Positions 32,694 to 36,226 of a stretch of 36,226 bases of DNA are shown here, piece by piece. The notes under the pieces were generated by a model. It was given only the letters and a program-made list of their open reading frames with translations, made no database searches and was not told the DNA's origin. Each line of letters starts with the position of its first letter. Within the stretch, counting starts at the first letter, position 1. A program made the translations under genes and the position numbers. The DNA comes from Thermoplasmata archaeon. GTDB lineage: Archaea > Thermoplasmatota > Thermoplasmata > Thermoplasmatales > GCA-001856825. The stretch is from NCBI GenBank assembly GCA_021831005.1, contig JAKBNO010000052.1, forward strand, positions 1-36,226, written 5' to 3'.

Positions 32694-33086
32694 TCTTACC
32701 ACTGCTGCACAGCCGTTGCGTCTTGATGTGTTCTTAATTTCAGAACCATCATTGGCACTATGGCCAGAGACGTGTGGCTAATGCTCTTTCGACAGAACCT
32801 GTTCGTATATAAATGGTTCGCAATTGATGGCTTTGTCGTTAAATTTTCAAGAAAACGACACATATAAGATATTAACTATAGATGCACATGTTCGGCTGCG
32901 TTGATTGGAATGCTGATGTAACGCATTCGCACCGATGACTGGAAATGTAGTTGCAAATAGATACATTCAAAATTGTTTTGTTTGTCGAACTCTGCTCCGC
33001 TCCTCATCAGGATCTTTCGTAGGGGAACAGGTCACTGTCCTCTAACGTCGCTCAGGGACGCGAGATCTGTGTTACTCTCCAGGCAC

Positions 33087-33299
33087 TCACAGAGGAGGTG
33101 GAAAATCCCACTCTACGGTAACCTTGATCCTCGGAGGTATTCCTCCTGCTAGTGCTTGGATGTCCTTGACAAAGAGCTCAATCGTAGCTTTCTTATCGAT
33201 GTGCTTAAGCCCCAGTTCCGCAGGGCCAGAATAATAAGCTGCGTATCTGGTCATCCCTTTAAACTGGTCTAGCACCATATCTAACTCTAGAATGCCCAT
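33087..33299 (-). CDS. Hypothetical 70-aa protein, no family recognised
   Basis: This is an open frame with ordinary soluble-protein composition. Its start context AGTGGTAAAAAATG closely resembles that of rpl3 (AGTGGTAAGAATG). It is flanked by non-coding DNA on both sides. Confidence 0.4.
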   Translation of the reverse strand: MGILELDMVLDQFKGMTRYAAYYSGPAELGLKHIDKKATIELFVKDIQALAGGIPPRIKVTVEWDFPPPL

Positions 33300-33393
33300 T
33301 TTTTACCACTTCTCGAATCTGTGATTGAACTAATGAAATGCTCTTATAAGCATTATCCAGAGGTGGGCGTTCGTAAGAACACCTTTCAGAAAA

Positions 33394-34023
33394 TTAAATT
33401 CTGACCTGTCTTTCACCTTTCGCGAAAAGCTCTCCAATTTCTAGGACTCTTTCAAAATACACAAAATTGCCAGGTACGAAAGATTTCTTTCCCATTTCGA
33501 GAAGCGTCTCATTCCTTTCCTTTTCGTCGGCAAGCATCACTTTCAAGGAAAGATAAGCGGTCTTCCCTTGAATTAGTTCTCTGCCGGATCTGAACGGAAC
33601 TGCAGCGATACCATACAGTTCTGTCGGATCAGGTCGGAACTTCCTAAATTTCTTCTTCGCCTTTGTGAAGTATACTTCGGAGAACTCCCTGACTTGGACA
33701 CCTTCCCCCTTGTAATCAAACTTATTTTGTCCCACAAATGTCAACTCTGAAGTTCTTAACCTTATCCCAACTTCTTCCTCAATCTCTCTCAATAGCGCTT
33801 CTTCCGCGGATTCTCCTGCAGTTATATGCCCCCCTACTGTAGCGTCAAGCAATCCGGGAAAGGCAACGTTCTTGCCCCTGATCTGGAAGTAGACAGAATC
33901 TGAATCAATGAGCCACCACTGTGCAGTCTTATGAAGTGAACCGATCCGGTGGGCTGTTTCCCGTTCAGTGATCCCTGTAATTTTCAACGATTCGTCGTAG
34001 ACATCAACAAACTCCGTCTTCAT
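33394..34023 (-). CDS. Nudix hydrolase (IDI-like N-terminal architecture, canonical Nudix box)
   Basis: The box GGHITAGESAEEALLREIEEEVGI fits Gx5Ex7REUxEExGU exactly. The N-terminal pattern AHRIGSLHKTAQWWL...FPGLLDATVGGH resembles the IPP-isomerase-like Nudix subgroup. However, it lacks the catalytic Cys (reads VGGH, not xCxHP). Confidence 0.8.
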   Translation of the reverse strand: MKTEFVDVYDESLKITGITERETAHRIGSLHKTAQWWLIDSDSVYFQIRGKNVAFPGLLDATVGGHITAGESAEEALLREIEEEVGIRLRTSELTFVGQNKFDYKGEGVQVREFSEVYFTKAKKKFRKFRPDPTELYGIAAVPFRSGRELIQGKTAYLSLKVMLADEKERNETLLEMGKKSFVPGNFVYFERVLEIGELFAKGERQVRI

Positions 34024-34076
34024 GATATGATTAAAAAGAACAATAGGGAAGAAAAATACTTTCCCCGAATCTCAGA

Positions 34077-36226
34077 CTACTCACACTTGGAGTAACCGCA
34101 AGTCTTGCACGACAGGCATCCGTTTTCCATAGCTAGCGTGTCATTGCTACACTTGGGACAGGTTGCGAAAGACTTTTCCTTTTTCTCTTTCTTCTCCTCT
34201 GTCTTGATCGCAGTCACCAGGAAATCTGTTGGTCCCGTAAGGGTCGCCTGTGGAGGCTCTCCCTTCATTGCTATGTCGATTGCCTTGGCCACTCCGTCCG
34301 GGACTGAGGTGACCTTGGTCCCGCCCACAAAGGACGTGGACTTCCCCTTGATCCCCGTGAGTGCCCTGACAACCTTAGACACATCTCCTCCTTCTTGGAG
34401 ATAGAGTGATAGCAGCCTTCCGATTGCTTCTGAGTAAGCCCTCTCTTCTGATCCCGACTTGCCCACGTTGACAAATATTTCAACGGGGTTCGCATTTTCG
34501 TCGAAGTTAATTGTGGTGTAAAGTTTGCCGGTCTCCACCAGCGGAAAGACTATCGTCCTTCCGGTCAGTATCGTGGACCTCTCAAATTCCTTGTGTTCCT
34601 TCTTCTTTGTCGCTTCCTTCGTGAGCAGTATTCCTTCCCTCGATCCTTCCCTGTAGACAGTGACTCCCTTGCATCCCGCCTTCCACGCCTCAAAATAGAT
34701 CTTTCCGACTTCGTCTGTCGTGACAGAAGAGGCGAGATTCACTGTCGAAGATATGGAGTGGTCGACATACTTTTGTATGGTGGCCTGAAGCTTTATCCTG
34801 AACATTGGGTCAACCTTGTGGGCCTCAACGAAGTATTCGGGCAAATCTTTGTCGTCCTTGATACCGTAGAGTTCCATGTATTCCCTCACGAGTGGATGGT
34901 AAACCTTGAAGGACTGTTTGGATAGAGACTCGCTCCTCCTGGTGTAGGAGAACGCAAAAACCGGTTCGATTCCACTCGAAGTTCCGGCCAGAGCTGAGCC
35001 ACTCCCTACCGGTGGAACTGTTATCAGTGCAACATTTCTGATACCGTTTGACTTGATCTTCTCAAGCAGTTCTGGTCCTAGTCTCTGGATGAACGGCGAT
35101 TTGAGATGTTTCTCCAGATCGAAAGCCGGGAATGTCCCCTTCTCCGCTGCAATGTTCGTGCTTTCGTCGTAGATTATCTTCATTATTCTTTCAAACGTTG
35201 TATCTACAAATTTTATGGCCTCAGGAGTATCGTACTTGATCTTGAGCTTGATTAGCATGTCTCCAAGGCCGGTGAATCCTACCCCTATTCTCCTGCTCTT
35301 CCCTGCTTCGTCTGTCTGGGTCTTCAGGGGATGCTTGTAAAGGTTGTAATCCACAACGTCGTCAAGGAATCTGACGGTATATCGGACTGCCTTTTCCAGA
35401 TCCTCCCAGTCAACTTCAGCCTTTTCAAACTGATGCTTCACAAAGACTGCAAGGTTCACATTTCCTAGGTTGCAAGCTCCGTATCCTTCCAGAGGTATCT
35501 CAGAACAGGGATTGGTTGTGAGTATCTCCATACCGTTGTATTCTGAAGTGCTTTCCTTTCTCATCGTGTCCCAGAAAATAAGTCCTGGTTCGGCCCAGTT
35601 TCTGGCAGAGCTTATGAGTTCGTTCCACAATTCCCGGGCCTTCACCACTCTCTCCATTCTCTTTACCTTGCCGCTCTCATAGCGGAGAGTAAAATCATCG
35701 TCATTCTCAACTTTCTTCATGAACTCATCTGTTATTTTTACTGAGATGTTGGCGTGCCTCACGTGGGTCAAATCTCTTTTCACTTTTATGAAGTCCATTA
35801 TGTCTGGATGGTCCACTCTTAAAGTGATCATCAAAGCTCCGCGTCTTCCTGCCTGTCCGATCGTACCAGTAGTCTCGGACATGATGTTCATGAAGGATAC
35901 ACTCCCGGTAGATTTCAGCGCAGCATTATTGACTGGAGCACCTCTCGGTCTTAGGATGCTTATGTCCGTCCCTACCCCTCCTCCTAGAGAGTAAGTCCTT
36001 GCAGCCTCTTTTGTCCAGTCGAAAATCGACTCAAGAGAGTCGTCCCTTATTGGAATCACATAACAATTGTTGAGGGTGGCTCTCCTCTTGAATTTCTCCT
36101 GGCCCGCCCCGAACAAGATTCGACCACCGGGGATCATCCTAAAATTTTCCAACAGCCAGTAGAACTTGCTTTCCCACCCTGCCATTAGTTGTTCACTTTC
36201 GACGGACGATATCTCTCTGGCCACTC
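34077..36226 (-). CDS. nrdJ: Class II (adenosylcobalamin-dependent) ribonucleotide reductase, N-terminus beyond window edge
   Basis: It contains TNPCSEIPLEGYGACNLGNVNL (active-site Cys/Glu loop), TSSGIEP and CKGVTVYREGSR. The C-terminal zinc ribbon is CPKCSNDTLAMENGCLSCKTCGYSKCE. The frame is still open at position 36226. Confidence 0.9.
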   Translation of the reverse strand, partial: VAREISSVESEQLMAGWESKFYWLLENFRMIPGGRILFGAGQEKFKRRATLNNCYVIPIRDDSLESIFDWTKEAARTYSLGGGVGTDISILRPRGAPVNNAALKSTGSVSFMNIMSETTGTIGQAGRRGALMITLRVDHPDIMDFIKVKRDLTHVRHANISVKITDEFMKKVENDDDFTLRYESGKVKRMERVVKARELWNELISSARNWAEPGLIFWDTMRKESTSEYNGMEILTTNPCSEIPLEGYGACNLGNVNLAVFVKHQFEKAEVDWEDLEKAVRYTVRFLDDVVDYNLYKHPLKTQTDEAGKSRRIGVGFTGLGDMLIKLKIKYDTPEAIKFVDTTFERIMKIIYDESTNIAAEKGTFPAFDLEKHLKSPFIQRLGPELLEKIKSNGIRNVALITVPPVGSGSALAGTSSGIEPVFAFSYTRRSESLSKQSFKVYHPLVREYMELYGIKDDKDLPEYFVEAHKVDPMFRIKLQATIQKYVDHSISSTVNLASSVTTDEVGKIYFEAWKAGCKGVTVYREGSREGILLTKEATKKKEHKEFERSTILTGRTIVFPLVETGKLYTTINFDENANPVEIFVNVGKSGSEERAYSEAIGRLLSLYLQEGGDVSKVVRALTGIKGKSTSFVGGTKVTSVPDGVAKAIDIAMKGEPPQATLTGPTDFLVTAIKTEEKKEKKEKSFATCPKCSNDTLAMENGCLSCKTCGYSKCE

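Noticed and set aside
32913-32942. Plus-strand CUGAUGU ... GAUGACUGG, resembling C and C' boxes of a C/D-box sRNA.
   Set aside because: The boxes are imperfect. No CUGA D or D' boxes lie at appropriate spacing, and there is no terminal stem.
32984-32990. Minus-strand GTTCGAC, resembling a tRNA T-loop.
   Set aside because: The flanking bases cannot form a T-stem, and there is no acceptor or anticodon arm nearby.
32876-33007. 43-aa minus-strand ORF (MRSGAEFDKQNNFECIYLQ...) inside the rpl3 upstream gap. A 35-aa plus-strand ORF at 32760-32867 was also noticed.
   Set aside because: Neither has an SD or promoter at suitable distance. Neither resembles a recognisable family, and both lie in AT-rich DNA where short ORFs arise by chance.
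33004-33018. Minus-strand GAAAG...CUGAUGAGG, reminiscent of the hammerhead ribozyme core or of a C box.
   Set aside because: Only 4 nt separate GAAA from CUGAUGA, so there is no room for the required stems and cleavage site in any permutation. No downstream D box (CUGA) lies at C/D-sRNA distance.

Overview
Archaeal chromosomal core segment. I recognised no rRNA or tRNA gene, CRISPR array, transposase or integrase.

Gene content, left to right:
- tatA, then a degenerate crotonase-fold gene and tatC on the minus strand.
- A translationally coupled operon: pyrF, AcnX-large (DUF521), and an AcnX-small (DUF126) subunit fused in frame to a Nudix domain.
- asnS, an orphan Cys-rich ORF, an NMD3 homologue, a small membrane protein, and ileS (minus strand).
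- The conserved rpl44e-rps27e-aIF2alpha-nop10-PAC2 cluster.
- A small accessory block: acr3-arsR, a putative leaderless 54-aa ORF, and an NhaP-type antiporter.
- From 16.9 to 32.7 kb, all on the minus strand, the archaeal ribosomal-protein supercluster rpl3 through rpl15, continuing with secY-adkA-DUF106(YidC-like)-cmk-cbf5.
- An orphan 70-aa ORF, a second Nudix hydrolase, and a class II ribonucleotide reductase truncated by the window edge.

sui1 and RNase P Rpp29 lie inside the cluster, there is no rpl34e or rpl14e near cmk, and SecY is very large. This suggests a Thermoplasmata-like euryarchaeote, but that is inference only.

Most of the window is ordinary housekeeping and I see no clear novel multi-gene system. 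Points worth a second look:
- The DUF126-Nudix fusion coupled to pyrF.
- Two conserved genes (NMD3, cbf5) whose conserved N-termini lie upstream of any ATG/GTG/TTG.
- A 65-residue N-terminal extension on SecY.
- An acidic tail on L24.
- Orphan small ORFs, and two unusually long non-coding gaps upstream of ribosomal-protein operons.

Two conserved genes fall below the ORF-track size cutoff and were found by hand: nop10 and rps14.
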